The notes beneath the pieces were generated by a model. The model did not search any database, was not told the DNA's origin, and saw only the letters and a list, made by a program, of their open reading frames with translations. Of a DNA stretch of 64,000 nt, positions 38,698 to 51,500 are shown in pieces. This DNA comes from Hypanus sabinus. Taxonomy: Eukaryota. The position numbers and the translations under genes are program-made. Position 1 is the stretch's first letter. The number at the start of each line of letters is the position of its first letter. The stretch lies in NCBI RefSeq assembly GCF_030144855.1, contig NC_082722.1:20398001-20462000 (forward strand). The letters run 5' to 3'.

Positions 38698-38738
<41 letters not shown>
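38698..38738. repeat. (TA)n microsatellite
   Basis: Direct read. Confidence 0.97.
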
Positions 38739-38741
<3 letters not shown>

Positions 38742-40992
38742 CCCTCTGGGCTACTCCGGTTTCCTCAAAAGACTTACAGGTTATGAGGTTAGTTGGTCAC
38801 CTGTGTGTGAGTGAGCGGCATGGACTAGTTGCACCGGAAGGACCGGTTATCCTGCTATATCACTAATTCAAATCTTTATCACTTTCATGCTAATCTCTCT
38901 TCTTTACCTGGGAATAGATAACGCGCTTCTCCGGTTTTTGGTCTTCGCGAAATGGTTTGCTCCCTGTTGTTCAGTGAAGGATAGACAGTAGAGTTCTCAA
39001 CCAGTGCTTGTTCAGCCTTTTAGAAAAACATATTTAATACATCTCACTGATGCACAGCTCAGTGATCATAAACTAAATTAAGCTGTAAAACCTAACACCA
39101 AGGATAAAAAACTGTTAGAATAATATTTTGTCTGCGCACAGTGATACTGTCCATACATCATACCGGATGTTCTCGACCGTTTCAGGCTAGAAGTCGGTAT
39201 GTTCAGATTTTCAAAGCACCGCTTTTAACAGTCCTAGCAATAGGATGGGGTTCGTAGTTCTGACCATCCCTGATATTTTGATCTCCTAAGTCTATCTCTT
39301 ACATCGCTCTAAGTTCTATGCTTGGGCTCCTGCCCATTGTCTATCTTTTACCCACGTGTCGAATTATCGTGATCATTACCCTGATCAGAATTCGTCCCGG
39401 CGGTGCAAACTGAAACTGTAATCCTTATACTCACATTACATAAGTTAAGGATATTGGAGGAAATGGCAAGTCCTGAAGCTAAGTCTCGCTTAACTCTAGC
39501 CGGAAACAGGAGAAAGGTATCCTGGGACTATGTTGATTTCACTGGTTTTGCTGGTAAATCACTAAAAATATGACCGGTATTGGTAGAACCAATGGACGTA
39601 GACATTACAGTAAATGATAAAACTGCAACTTGTTTTGCTGAAATAATGGCATAGCAATCCAGAATAATGAAATAATATTTTAAAAAAATATCATGATTGC
39701 TTCATCTTCAACTTGGATATTAATCTAAGAAGTCGCCCTGCATTTCCGGAAGTGTTACTAATACCAGCAGAAGTTTTAGCGGAATTCTACCATAGTGAAA
39801 TTAGTGACGGATTTATTACTATTTTATCTTAGTTGCTGCAATTGCTTAATTTGCTCCTAAAGTCGCTGGGTAAAATTAAAACTAAATGCGTTAAACTGGG
39901 GAAAGTGATTAATGAACCACAAGAAGAAAAATTTTTATCATGAAAATGAATCCTGGTAGCAAAAATGTAATAACATTAAAGTGCTGGATACATGAAATAA
40001 AACAAAGAAATAGAACAGACAAAATTCAAGACAACTGACCTTCCAATGGTAAATATTATATTTTCCCCTTCCAATCCAACCGGTTGTGAACTGATGTGGA
40101 ACTCTTGAAAGTATACAGGAAGGAGATGCAACGAGAACTTTCAAATAAATCTTGGATATATACTTAAAAATAAATATTTTACGGGGAAGTAGTTTTATTT
40201 TCATTACTACGTTCCAATGTATTATGGAATAAAATAGATATATGATAACTTTTCTATGCGAATATCCAGTTCTGAAACAAGACGAATCGCATCACCTACA
40301 GGGTCTTCATTCTAACATCCATCCAAAGAATTTGTGTTACCCCCATCCAAAAAGAAATCAAAAATAAATGATTTGAATTGTAAACATTGTACATTATTCA
40401 TTTGACACCAATCGAATTAATCGTGTAAGTGGAACTGCTGAAGTTACGGATCTTTCAGAAAGTATTTGTTGGCAACAGTCGTGCTAATAGTGCTAATGTG
40501 TGTTACATTAACCTGGTGCTATGCTTAAAAGGCTTTGACTATCAACGAGGCTGTAAAGTGATGACAGCATAACTGCAGCGGTAGTGTATTTAAGTATGGC
40601 AACCAAAATGGAAATTAAAACCAATGAATCGTACATACTTTGGTCAAGGTTAATTACACAAACAGAGGGAGTTTTGATCTACGCCAAGTCGTTTACGTTT
40701 CAAAATACGCACCTGCCATTGTATTAACAAATTATATTTAAAGAACTCCAAAGGGTTGTAACAACGTTAGGAAATGAGATATTAAGTACTTCCAGTGGAC
40801 TGATGAAATAGTTGAACGTTAAGATCAAGCCAGAATATTGTGCCAGAATATTATCACTGAAATGATGCTTCGAAAATCGCGATCTATGTCCAATCATTCT
40901 GTAAATGTCTTTACTGTTTTGAAGTTCAATGTCACTAACCCTTCAATTTTGTACGAATAGAGGTGATGTTTCTCAGCAATCAGCGTTCTTAC

Positions 40993-41091
40993 TGTGCGAT
41001 CTCTTTAACTTGAGTATCAGCAAAATTATTATCAGAATTAAAATTACCGTTCCTCCCACTGCACATGCGAGAATCAATATGGTATCTTTGG
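40993..41091 (-). CDS. Gene B transmembrane exon (open)
   Basis: 99 nt, phase 1-1 (cttctttttt aag| ... A|gtaaga). AKDTILILACAVGGTVILILIIILLILKLKRSH. Confidence 0.85.
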
Positions 41092-41559
41092 CTTAAAAAA
41101 GAAGACAGTGAAACACTTATACATCTCAAAACAAATCCACACATGGGAATCAACAATGCAAAATATTACATAGTTTCATTTCAGATCTCACTACACACTG
41201 ATAGGAAAATGGCAGAATATACAGTATACAACACAAAAATCTGCTTTAGTTTCTCCAGACACATTGGAGCTATTTACTAAGACTAAGAAGAGGCTTATCT
41301 GCTTTTCCCACTATAACTCTCTTGACAATTGATATCAGCACAACTATTGAAAGTGTAATCATCTAACCTAATACACGTCTGATCTCGATTTCACGTTTCC
41401 CTTTGCACTTACTAAATTGAATAAACAAACGACTAGTCCAATAACTAAGCATGCATTACGACTACGGTTTCAATGTCGTAAATGCTTTGGATTGACTAAA
41501 TTTATCCTATCAAGTCCTATTATATTCAATTTTTCTACCAAACATTCAGAACTGATCTA

Positions 41560-42620
41560 GCTTTTCTTTTGTGGAATACCAAGTGAAAAAACATGTTTTC
41601 GTGATTTATTCATGGATAACTGTCTTAAGACTTCTGAACAGTTGTCCAATAAATATAGTTTGCCTAGATCACATTTTTCAAATATAGTTTACCTCATTTT
41701 CAGATACCACATCAAACTGAAATTACAAGAAATATAGGTTTAAGCCCCTATCAGAAGAGCTTAATAGCAATTATTTATTATCTGATTACGAAAATAAGTC
41801 TAGGTACATCTGATAAAATTAAAAATGAATGGGAAAGAGATCTTCATGTATCTTTACCTACAGAGAAAAGGGAGAAAATTCTCCAACTAGTTAACACTTT
41901 TTCAATTTGTGCTAGGCACGCCTTGGTACCATTTAAGGTGGTTCATACGGCCCATATGTCTAAGGATAAATTATCTGTCTTTTATTGTCATATAAATCCT
42001 GTCTGTAACAGATGTAATTCTGAAGTGGCTTCCTTAATACATATGTTCTGGTCCTGTTTTCTTATAGCAAAATATTGGAAAGTCATTTTTGATACGATTT
42101 CAGTAGTTTTGCGCATTGATGTACAACCTCATACTATTACTGCAATCGTTGGATTACCAGTGATGGACTCCAGTCATTTATCCCCTTCCCCTTGCCGTTC
42201 CATTGAAGTTGTTATATTAATACCAGAAGATCAAATTTATTTAAATGGCAAGATTCTAATCCCCCTACTTTCCCAAACTATAATATGTTTAAACCTAGAA
42301 AAAAACTAGAAATGGTACTATCGATCCTTCGGTTAAATTTTAGAAACTTGGAGGATATTTATTCAACATTTTCATATAAGGTAAGCTGACCTTTTTACGA
42401 ATCCTTCTCAATAACCTTCTATTCGTGTATAGATGAGCGGAGTTAAATACAAATAATGATTTTAGCCGGTCAAACACGGCAGCCCAGCTTTTGTATTGTT
42501 TTGTTTTGTTTTATTTTTTGTTATTCTTTTTAGTTTAGAGGAACATTTGTCTTTTTTGTATAAAAGTTTTTCAACCTTTTTCATATCCAGTTATTAAGTG
42601 ATTCGGAGGCTTAGATAATA
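41560..42620 (+). mobile_element. L1 ORF2 C-terminus and 3' UTR
   Basis: ORF 41923-42309, FKVVHTAHMSK.KLS.FY..INPVCNRCNSEVASLIHMFWSC: cysteine-rich domain. Confidence 0.85.
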
Positions 42621-43015
42621 CATGTTACTCGGAGTCTGTGTTTGTAGACGTTGACCGTTAGTAATGTAATCCCGTTCCCTTTGTATTATTATCTTTGTTA
42701 TGTTTATTAATTCGAAACTTAATAGAAAATATTGAGAAAGAAGGAATGTTCACTGTAATCAGGTAATCTGTAAATTTCGCTCTTCTTATGTGTTTCGGAC
42801 GCTGTTCTGTGACTGTTCTTAACCAGGTTTGATCGGCACACATATATCATTTGGAAACGTTTCCATCTTGCCCTGAGCGCTAGAGATTCTGAACATGTTC
42901 AGAATTCAGAGTAACACACAAAATGCTGAAGGTACGCAGCAGAAAGGAAAGGAATATAATAAGGACATTTCGGTCCGATACCTTACACCAGGACGCAATC
43001 AGGACACCATCTTAC

Positions 43016-43064
43016 CTTGCTCCAGGATGTAGCTGAAACTGACAGGCACCGTGAGGGAGACATG
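43016..43064 (-). pseudogene. Duplicated 3' fragment of a C1 exon (HVSLTVPVSFSYILEQ) with canonical donor
   Basis: Near-identical to 43458-43506, bounded by AG and G|gtaaga. Confidence 0.8.
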
Positions 43065-43457
43065 CTTTATCATATTTTTTGCAAATGTCCAGATGTTTGC
43101 TACCTTACAACTATTGCACGATTTCAATTTCTTCATTCGTGCTACACGACTTACAGCGACGGGAACAACACATCATCTCTTGAACAATTTTCACGTTTGC
43201 TATTCACTGTCAATAACTGATCTTTAAAATTAGTCATTCTTCTGTAGTAGCTGTTCAGTTACTGCAATTACACGGTCACATTGACCGCACCCCTATCGCT
43301 TGTCAGCGCATCCATCTTCTATTGAGAGCAAATGATTCTGAACATGCTGATATCCAGAGTTAATCAGAAAATCCTGTCAGAACTCCGCCAATCAGGCACA
43401 TCTAAAGTATCGACGTTAAAGGCCCAACATCATGACTTCATCAAGACACCAACTTGC

Positions 43458-43751
43458 CTTGCCCCATGATGTAGCTGAAACAGACAGGCACCGTGAGGGA
43501 GACATGCGACACCAGACAGATGTAAACATCTTTTCCCCAAACAGACCGATTAATTTCCAATAAACTGTAAGCGTCGTACAAAACCTCCGCCATCCGGTTT
43601 ATCACTCTTTCTATTCGACTGCGAATTTGCCTGTTATTTCCTTCCCAGAAAATTTCTAATTCCTTTCGGTAGAAGGCAGCTATTTTGCAGAGGAGCTACC
43701 AAGTAGCTGAAAACTCTCCAAAAGGAACGATTTCCAATGGAATTGCGGGAA
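43458..43751 (-). pseudogene. Gene B C1 exon, disrupted
   Basis: 294 nt, VPAIPLEIVPFGEFSATW*LLCKIAAFYRKELEIFW...VYICLVSHVSLTVPVCFSYIMGQ. TAG at 43696-43698 sits where gene A has Lys; donor is G|gcaagt. Confidence 0.9.
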
Positions 43752-44599
43752 CTTTAACAAAGAGATAGTTATATTAGATATTTACCATTCATTTAGTTAA
43801 AGTAAATTCCTTTATCTTCCCTCCAATTACAAAGACATTTCACTATGCACATAGTCACCTGCCATAGGTTACCAGCATTTTATAAATTATTTTAAGTTTA
43901 ACTTCATCAGTATTAAACTACACAGATGTACATGGCTGAATGAAATATCGTTCTTCTGGGGTCAGCTGCAAAATACCGTCCATGTATTTCCACACAGCAC
44001 GTGCAGTCACCATCCAGCACAAACAGGGCTAAGTAAACACAATAGAACCGAGTCACCGTGCAGAGACAGATGAAAGGAAGAATTCGAAGAAAACACCGAG
44101 AAGGCGAATCTGAGGTGTGCCAAGTGAGGAAGACGTTCAGTTTTGTATGGTCTCTCAGTATTATCACACGATCGTGTTTGCGGCCGCCCGTTGGCTTTGG
44201 AAAATGTTGATTTCAGTCTTTTTTTCTTTTCTAATCAAAGCTGAACTACAACCCCAAAATATGCCAAATTTCCACACTCCGAACGCAATAACCTCTTGCC
44301 TATGTTTTTTAATATTCTGGATATTCGTTTGTTCAGATAGTTTTTCAGAGCTTGCGCTGGATCTTTCCAGTCATCAACATTCAGTGATAGAGCATTACTC
44401 GGAATGTATAGATAGAGCTTTCCCGTACTTTATATGTTGAATATGACAAATCGTACCCTCCATGAAACATCTAGGATCGCTAATGCGAGGCTGATATGAA
44501 GCGCATTTATTCTACATTTCTATTCTTTCATAAACCTGTCGGCCTGCAGCAGAATTGTCGATAGCGACCTGGCACTAGTATCCGAATGATGGTGCCCTA

Positions 44600-45520
44600 C
44601 AGAGAGGCAACCCAGGAGTTGAACGAACTCCACTTCTCCCTACAGAGATTTCACTCAAATTTGAGCCCCAAATTCACGATTTTGTAACCGTGGACTGCAC
44701 CGCTACAACCATGGTCCGTATTTAACTTAGAAAAGTCTATTTTCAAATTCCTTTACCGATGTGTCACAATATTTAGCATTTCGCTCCCTGCCTACAATGG
44801 CCATCCTGAGATCACGTTTGCCCGCACAGCACTGCCATGGACCATATAAGGACTACAGTTATTTGTGTACTTGTTGCTGTAAGGCAAATTAGTTTGTATA
44901 AGTCCTCAGGGTCCGAGATGGAGTCCCATGCGACCTTTTAGGGAGGTTTGTGCAGAATTCTAAGGCGCCATGATAAAGGTATTCAAAATGTCCTGATCCT
45001 CGCGTGAGGCGCTGGAGGACTATAGATCACTAATGTTTTATAGTTATTCAAGAAAGGCTCCAAGAATACGCCGGGATCATTCAGGATGGTGAGCCTGACG
45101 GTTGTGAAAGGTAACTTATTGGAAATATTCCAAATGACAGGATACATAGCAATTTAGATAGGAGTAGATATAGTCATCAAGATTTTGTGCATGGTAAGTA
45201 GTGTCCAGCTTAACTTTAAGAGTTTTTCGCGGAATTTACCCAAGATTATGGTGAAGGAAATGCAGTGGATGTTGTGTCCATGGCAAACCCCTTGGTAAAG
45301 TCCGGAATGGGAGTCCGATCAAGAAGGTTCAGTCGGCATTCAGGATAATGTAGTAAAATGCATTTAACAGTGGTTTGGCAGTAAAGCCAGGGAGTGGTCA
45401 TAGACGCTATTATCTGACTGCAGGCCTGTATGTAGAGGAGTACAGTGGGGTCGGTACTGGCTACGTTGTTCAATGTACATCTGTATTAATGATTCGTATG
45501 AAAATTAATTAAACTGTTTG
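44600..45520. mobile_element. CR1 fragments in both orientations
   Basis: Plus-strand AVDVVSMANPLVKS/VTSGV..G.VLG.LF remnants at 45250-45490; inverted piece at 44600-44850. Confidence 0.6.
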
Positions 45521-46379
45521 AAGAAATTTGCAGATCTGGACAGTGGGGACCGCTTGCGGTGGGATATGACACAGCTGAAAAAACGGTCTGTGAAATGACA
45601 GCTGGAATTTATTCGCTTTCGGATTCCATTTGTGCTCAACTCTCTACCCTTCACTTTCTAACGCTATCAAAATTCACCTGGATATTATGAATTCTAATTT
45701 TCTCCCTCTTTTCAATGGGGAAAGTGTTATAGATTTTGAGAAATTTTGCAAAACATGTTTGAATTGATCATTTGCAGCGCGTGCGACAAATAGATACGTT
45801 ATACGGCTAGTAATTATTTTTGATCTCAGTAGTATTCCCCTGAGTTTGTAACCTTGACATACCCTATAAGAGAGTTGATAAAATTGCTCGTAACTTGCAT
45901 CTCGTGTGATGGGAAATCAAGCTATCCAACCACAGCCACTCACATTAGTAACAATATTTCAACAATCTTGTGTACAGAGCAAACCACTTCACTTGAAAAT
46001 TAATTCTTTGTTTTTGAAACACCTTCCCAATAATAATGCTAAAATCTAAGGGTATCACTAACTTGGGACATTAATTTTAAATGGGAGATCGCCGATCGAT
46101 AGATCTGCCCTAATAGCAGTGGTGAGCAGTACAGTACAACAAACAGAATCAACGTTATTTCCCGCCCTGTTGACGCTGTCTGAAATGTGATTATTTTCTG
46201 CTGTTCTTTTCAACCCTAGAATTGGAGCTTATAGAATGGGTTGTTCTTATTTTTTGAACGCGTGAAACATATCAACTCTCGGCGTTTGTTTTATCAAGTA
46301 GCAACATTTCATATCACTCTCATTAGCAGGTTTAATGTAAATGGCATCGAATCAAAAATCTCCTCGCAGCCGCACTCAC

Positions 46380-46720
46380 CGAACACAGTGAGAGTGGAGC
46401 CATTTCCATTCCTGAAAGATAGTTCCTGATCCTTTGCTCCCCAGTAGTACATTCTGGAGCCGGCGAATTTCACATCCAGAAGAGCAAGTGTTCCCCTTTT
46501 ACCCTTTCTACAGCAATTTGCTTTCTGCTGTACCTTTCTAAAAATATATTCTCGCCTTCCGTCCACCAAAGAACTTCAACAGTATCTTGTATTAGAGGAA
46601 AACTGCAGAGCATGTTAACATTCGCACCGCCCAGAGCATCCAAGGTCTCAGAGAGTTGATATAGTCTGAACGCAGCTACTTTGACTGCTGCCGCAAATGA
46701 AACAGGAGCATTAAAAACAG
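46380..46720 (-). pseudogene. Gene B V(J) exon, disrupted
   Basis: 341 nt (not a multiple of 3), ctgtgtgcag| ... G|gtgagt. MLCSFPLIQDTVEVLWW, then a frameshift near 46490-46510, then TLALLDVKFAGSRMYYWGAKDQELSFRNGNGSTLTVF. Confidence 0.9.
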
Positions 46721-46877
46721 CTGCACACAGGGAATAAAAAAAGAACCGAAAGACGCGATGTAAGTTATTGGCCAACTAAAAGCCTAAAACGGCCGATGTA
46801 TGCAGCGGGCATGCATGGTTAAATTTTCTAAAGCAGAATACTCAGTTCAGAAACGGAACATATAACTTTGCATAAAC

Positions 46878-46930
46878 CGACAAGTAATAGCCAGAAGCGC
46901 TATGTACGAAACCGTAAATTTGTCCGACAT
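46878..46930 (-). pseudogene. Gene B probable leader MSDKFTVSYIALLAITC
   Basis: Signal-peptide-like, resembles the gene A leader (MS...ALLA) and sits in the same position relative to V. The only nearby GT is phase 2, incompatible with the V exon. Confidence 0.6.
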
Positions 46931-49900
46931 ATTTCAGAAAGCGAACCGAGCAATTTTGCAATGCTTGTGGTTCTGAAGAGTTTGTGGGAGAAATAGAAGT
47001 TCAAGAGTAAATGTATGAACCATGTGATCATGACGTAGGATGACGATTCACTGAGGCAGAATAATATGTTTCAAATAGAGTTCTGCTGGGCAGACTGGAC
47101 AATGAGTCCTCTTCCTTTTTCGATTTTTATATGGCTATCTAGTGATTTCAAAACTATTTTCGGAATTTGAGCACTATGCAGGTGTCAAGAATTATCCAGT
47201 TCTTTATTTAGAACTAGATTCAAATCTGTACTCTGTCAAGTGATCTCAAATATGAAAATCTGCATTGGAGTCATAAATATATAATACAATCAGCAGTTTT
47301 AAAATGGATGTGTAAGATGCAGCCATATAAGATGTAGCGACAACTGTGACTAACATCAACATCTCGCAGAAATTCATGATTTTTCTCTTCTTCCTCTTTG
47401 AAAAAACGCATTAAATGTTACTATTGTATGCACGATTGGAGTCTGTAATAAACAAATTGATAATGTGTCTTTGAGACTATTGAGGGATCTGGCGCTTTTG
47501 GTCTCTCCGAAGGGATTCGGCGTGGATAAGAAAGAGGTTGAGAAAGGAATATGCGGTTTACTGGTGGAGCGTGAATCCAATCTGCTCCGTTATTCGCCCA
47601 TCTCGCAACAAGAGGCGTCAAGCAAGATTAAAAATAAACAAGGTCGATAGCGCAAAGCGATCGGGCGTTCAAGCATCTGCCTGCTTTGAACTCGTCTCTC
47701 TCTTCTCCTCGGTTACCCGAAGAAGGTCATAGAGTCTTGGCTCGCGGGCAAGTTTTGATAGGCATGATTTGGGGATTGTATTCATTTTTAGAGGACTGTT
47801 ATTTCATCTTTTGTGTGTTTAAGTTTACACAATTTTTGTTGCTATTTCGCACGATTTTGATGGAACACTTCTCCGCGAATTGTTTCTGCGGTCTGCAGCG
47901 AAATTTAACACCAAACTGACCGCCACTGAAAATTCAGAGTTTGTTTAAGGGCTCTGGTTTGATGTTTACTATTGTGTGTGCTATTCGTTCGTTTTTGCTA
48001 GCTGCACGCTCTGTTCTTTTATTCTCGTCGGATGTTTGATATTTCTTAAGCTGTTCAGCTAGAGTTCTTTTTTTTCCTGGTTGCCTGCCGGAACATAAAT
48101 CTCAGGCTTGTATACTGCTTGCATTCTTTGATAGCAAATTTAAGTTCACATTGAATGGGACAAAAATACTAACAACCTTCCTTCAGTCCAATTTAGCTTC
48201 GCTGTGTTGTTCCCCTTCAATCATATACCATCCGTCAATTATCAACCCGCTGGGTTCTCAACGCAAACCCAAACCACAGACCCACTTCTCGACCTCTGCA
48301 TTCTCTCGATTATATTTTAGTCCATCTCCCTCTTTCATTCGAACGCTAGCTTCGACTGCATGGACATTCTGGACCTACAAACTGAATTTTGATAGCAATG
48401 ATTCCATTGTTCTTATAATCACCATTGCCGGACCGTTTCCATGAAACGGGGAGAGCAGGTGCGCTCTTACGGCAAGAAAGGCTTTAAGCCGTGACGGGTC
48501 GGGTGGGTGTTGCATAAATTAACGTTTTCTGTTTACTGATAATTTCCTTTAGGGTTTGTTTATAAACGTCCGACTGATGAACTACTGCTTAATACCCGGA
48601 AAACAAAACCGAAAACAGATTGATGAACGAGACTGGCTTGAATATTAAGTACATTCCCTCGGACGCCATCATTCATATATCTCCGGTACAAAGTGCGATT
48701 TTGGATTCTGAGCAGTCATCGAACTGCACAAGGAAAACGACATATGGTCGAGCAGTAGGTCTATTACTTCAGCAAATTTTACCTAATTTAAATCCTTGAT
48801 CATTTATAGGCGCTATACGTTTTACGAAAGAAAGCATAACAATATGAAAACTTCATAAAATTATTCTAGCGATGGATTTGTCATTTACTTTTGTACAAAG
48901 ACGGTCCCATCGTACTGAACTTACTCGCTCGCTGCTCTGGCCAGTTCGCAAGTAGAACTCTGCAAGAAGTAACAACAAGTGTTGTTTCTGGTAAAAAAAA
49001 AGAAGATACCGATATAGGATGCTGATCACAATGAAGAGAGAGCTTAAAGTTAAAACTGTACGTTATAAAGTTTAATGACGATGGTAACACAGATATTCAG
49101 GAAGTATTGCGACAAGCCCTAAAAAGGGAGCACCAATGACAGCTCAAATGATTGACTACAATTCCGAGCCTCAACTTTAAATCCAATCAGCAGGAGGATT
49201 GAAGGAGAATCAATCGGAGCTAATGTTCATCCCGGTACAGACGAAATAGGAATTCGAATGATGATCATGCACCTATTTTATTGACTGGGCAGCACATACA
49301 CTCTTACCCGTTTCTAAAATGAGAATACAGAATATTCTTGAAAGCGTCGTGGTTGCTGGTGAAACTATACTGGGCTTCTCGCGAAAGCAGTAAAGACTCT
49401 GATTACAAATCCGATCGCCACGCCATTTTGAACTTTTATGCATCCAGAATCGCCACGAATCGGCGGGGACGTTCGGCTATTTTCATTGACACGTGATCAC
49501 CATCACTGAATTGCACCTCCTGCCTTCTCAGAAATGGAATCGTGTAGTTGCGTCGAGCGTGAAGTTGTTGACAGTTAACTCATATTTTGTCCATTGGATA
49601 CCCCTGGATGTAATTAAAGTCGGGTTGTTATGGAGATTGTCCAGGAGAGGATGAATCAATGCAGAGCTTCCATGTGTTTCCTCCGAACAGAGTCATCATT
49701 CTGATTAATGTGCCAATCGCCACGCCACTTTAGCCAGTTATGCATCGGGAATTTCCACGAATCTTTCGGGATGCTATGCTACTTTCACAGACACATTTTC
49801 GCCATTATTGATTTCCATCTCATTGACCTCTCAGAATCGAAATCGATCGCAGAAACAAGTATTTTGTCCATTGGTCCAGCTGGATGTAATTGAGGTTGGG

Positions 49901-50679
49901 ATGTTGAGGTGGTTGGCTAGAAGAGGACACTGACATTGTTAATCTTACCCTACTCTGGATCTGGATGGATTGTAAGACAAAAAATAAACTAATGAGAGAC
50001 AGTTTACTTTTACCTTCCAAGTGATTCGAGATGTGTAATGCAGATATGCCACTCTAGCAGAAAACTTCGCTTCCAGCAGATATGATTTATTTGGCGAGAC
50101 GGGTAGGGGTGAAGGTGCGGGGCTGGCCTTGATCTTTAGAGATCACTTTTCTCGACAAATAAATAACACAGGTGTCAGTAGTGTGATTAATTCTCCATGA
50201 ACCGCTGTCTGTGCCCCATTAGTCGATTCCACATGGAGTGTCGGAAAGAAACAGAAACTTGGACCGATCACTAAGCAGTTAAAAGTAAGCTGGCTGAAAA
50301 CATACCTCGTTTGAGCACTTGTGAGATTGTCATGGTTGCACTTAGGCGGAAATTAAGTAAGAATGCACATGCATCATTAATAGTAAATGCTTTGGTCATA
50401 CTTCCTCTATCTCTATAGTTTCATCAGCATTGATTTGTTCAGTGTTAACTGGCGTGGAAAAGCACGAGACAATATAAGAAAATTTGTGCTTTTTAAGTAA
50501 TTAAAGTATCCGTTTATGATTTCATATCCTTGAATAAATATGATAATGTCAGAAAAATTCAAGATGTTTCCAACTGTTAAGCAAAGCTCTCGTTAGGTCT
50601 ACAGATTAACAGTAAATCTAGATATGTAATTCGTGAGACACTTTGGCCTGCTCCACGAGATAATCTATTGAGTTATAGA

Positions 50680-51000
50680 CAGTAGACAATAGACAATAGG
50701 TGCAGAAGTAGACCATTCGGCCCCTCGAGTCTGCACCGCCATTCTGAGATCATGGCTGATCATTCACTATCAATACCCAGTCCCTGCCTTCTCCCCATAT
50801 CCCTTGATTCCCCTATCCATCAGATATCTATCTAGCTCCTTCTTGAAAGCATCCAGAGAATTGGCCTCCACCGTCTTCCGAGGTAGTGCATTCCACACCT
50901 GCACAACTCTCTGGGAGAAGAAGCTCTTCCTCAACTCTGTTTTAAATAACTGACCTCTTATTCTCAATCCATGCCCTCTGGCACTGGACTCTCGCAACAT
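50680..51000 (-). mobile_element. Young CR1 3' end
   Basis: Clean ORF ARGHGLRIRGQLFKTELRKSFFSQRVVQVWNALP...KKELDRYL..RGIKGYGEKAG and an (atagaca)n tail. Confidence 0.93.
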
Positions 51001-51149
51001 CGCGCCTTTGTCGCGCCTTTAAGTGTTTCTACCTATATTGAAAACATACTCCCAAATATTTTCAACAATGATTTTTTAATAGGAGAACAGTACAGGAAAA
51101 GGCCATCCGACACACAATGCTACGGTAAACCAGCTAAAAAGCATTTGAA

Positions 51150-51500
51150 CACAGCCAAACCATAATCACTCTTACCTAACCCATGTTAATCCTTTCATCC
51201 ATGTGCCTATACAAATGTCTATTTCAAGCCTCTACTTTACTTGCCGCTACCGCCATATCAGGCAGGTGCAACCAGGTATCCACAACTCCCTAGTAAACGA
51301 CTTCCACCTCACAGCCCCCTTGAATCTAATCCCTGTCACCGTCAATATGTTTCCTCTGGTATTAGATATTTCATCTCTGGGTAACGGATGCTGTCCGTCC
51401 ACCCTAACTATTCCTCTCATAATCGTGTAGATCTCTGTCAGATCTCCCCTCAGCCTCCGACGCGCCAGAGAAAACAACACAAGTTTACCCAACCTCTCCT
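51150..51500 (-). mobile_element. CR1 3' fragment
   Basis: LGKLVLFSLARRRLRGDLTEIYTIMRG. Confidence 0.85.

Larger units (their letters stand above)
35690..46930 (-). pseudogene. Gene B: paralogous VJ-C1-TM-ITIM receptor pseudogene
   Basis: Same exon order as gene A. The V exon is frameshifted with YYC changed to YYW, the C1 exon has a TAG and a GC donor, and the leader donor is out of phase. TM and ITIM exons are intact. Confidence 0.85.

Noticed and set aside
40639-40678. Candidate gene B exon 5 (IKTPSV, similar to IKTNSE)
   Set aside because: Phase is incompatible with the TM exon and gives a stop; similarity covers only six codons. A degenerate homolog is possible but unsupported.
43913-44167. 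Cys-rich 84-aa ORF between gene B's V and C1
   Set aside because: No recognisable domain or consistent splice boundaries; the real C1 is at 43458-43751.
46384-46390. Perfect RSS heptamer CACAGTG at the end of gene B's V exon
   Set aside because: It is simply the codons for T-V-F on the minus strand; there is no nonamer at 12 or 23 bp and no equivalent in gene A.
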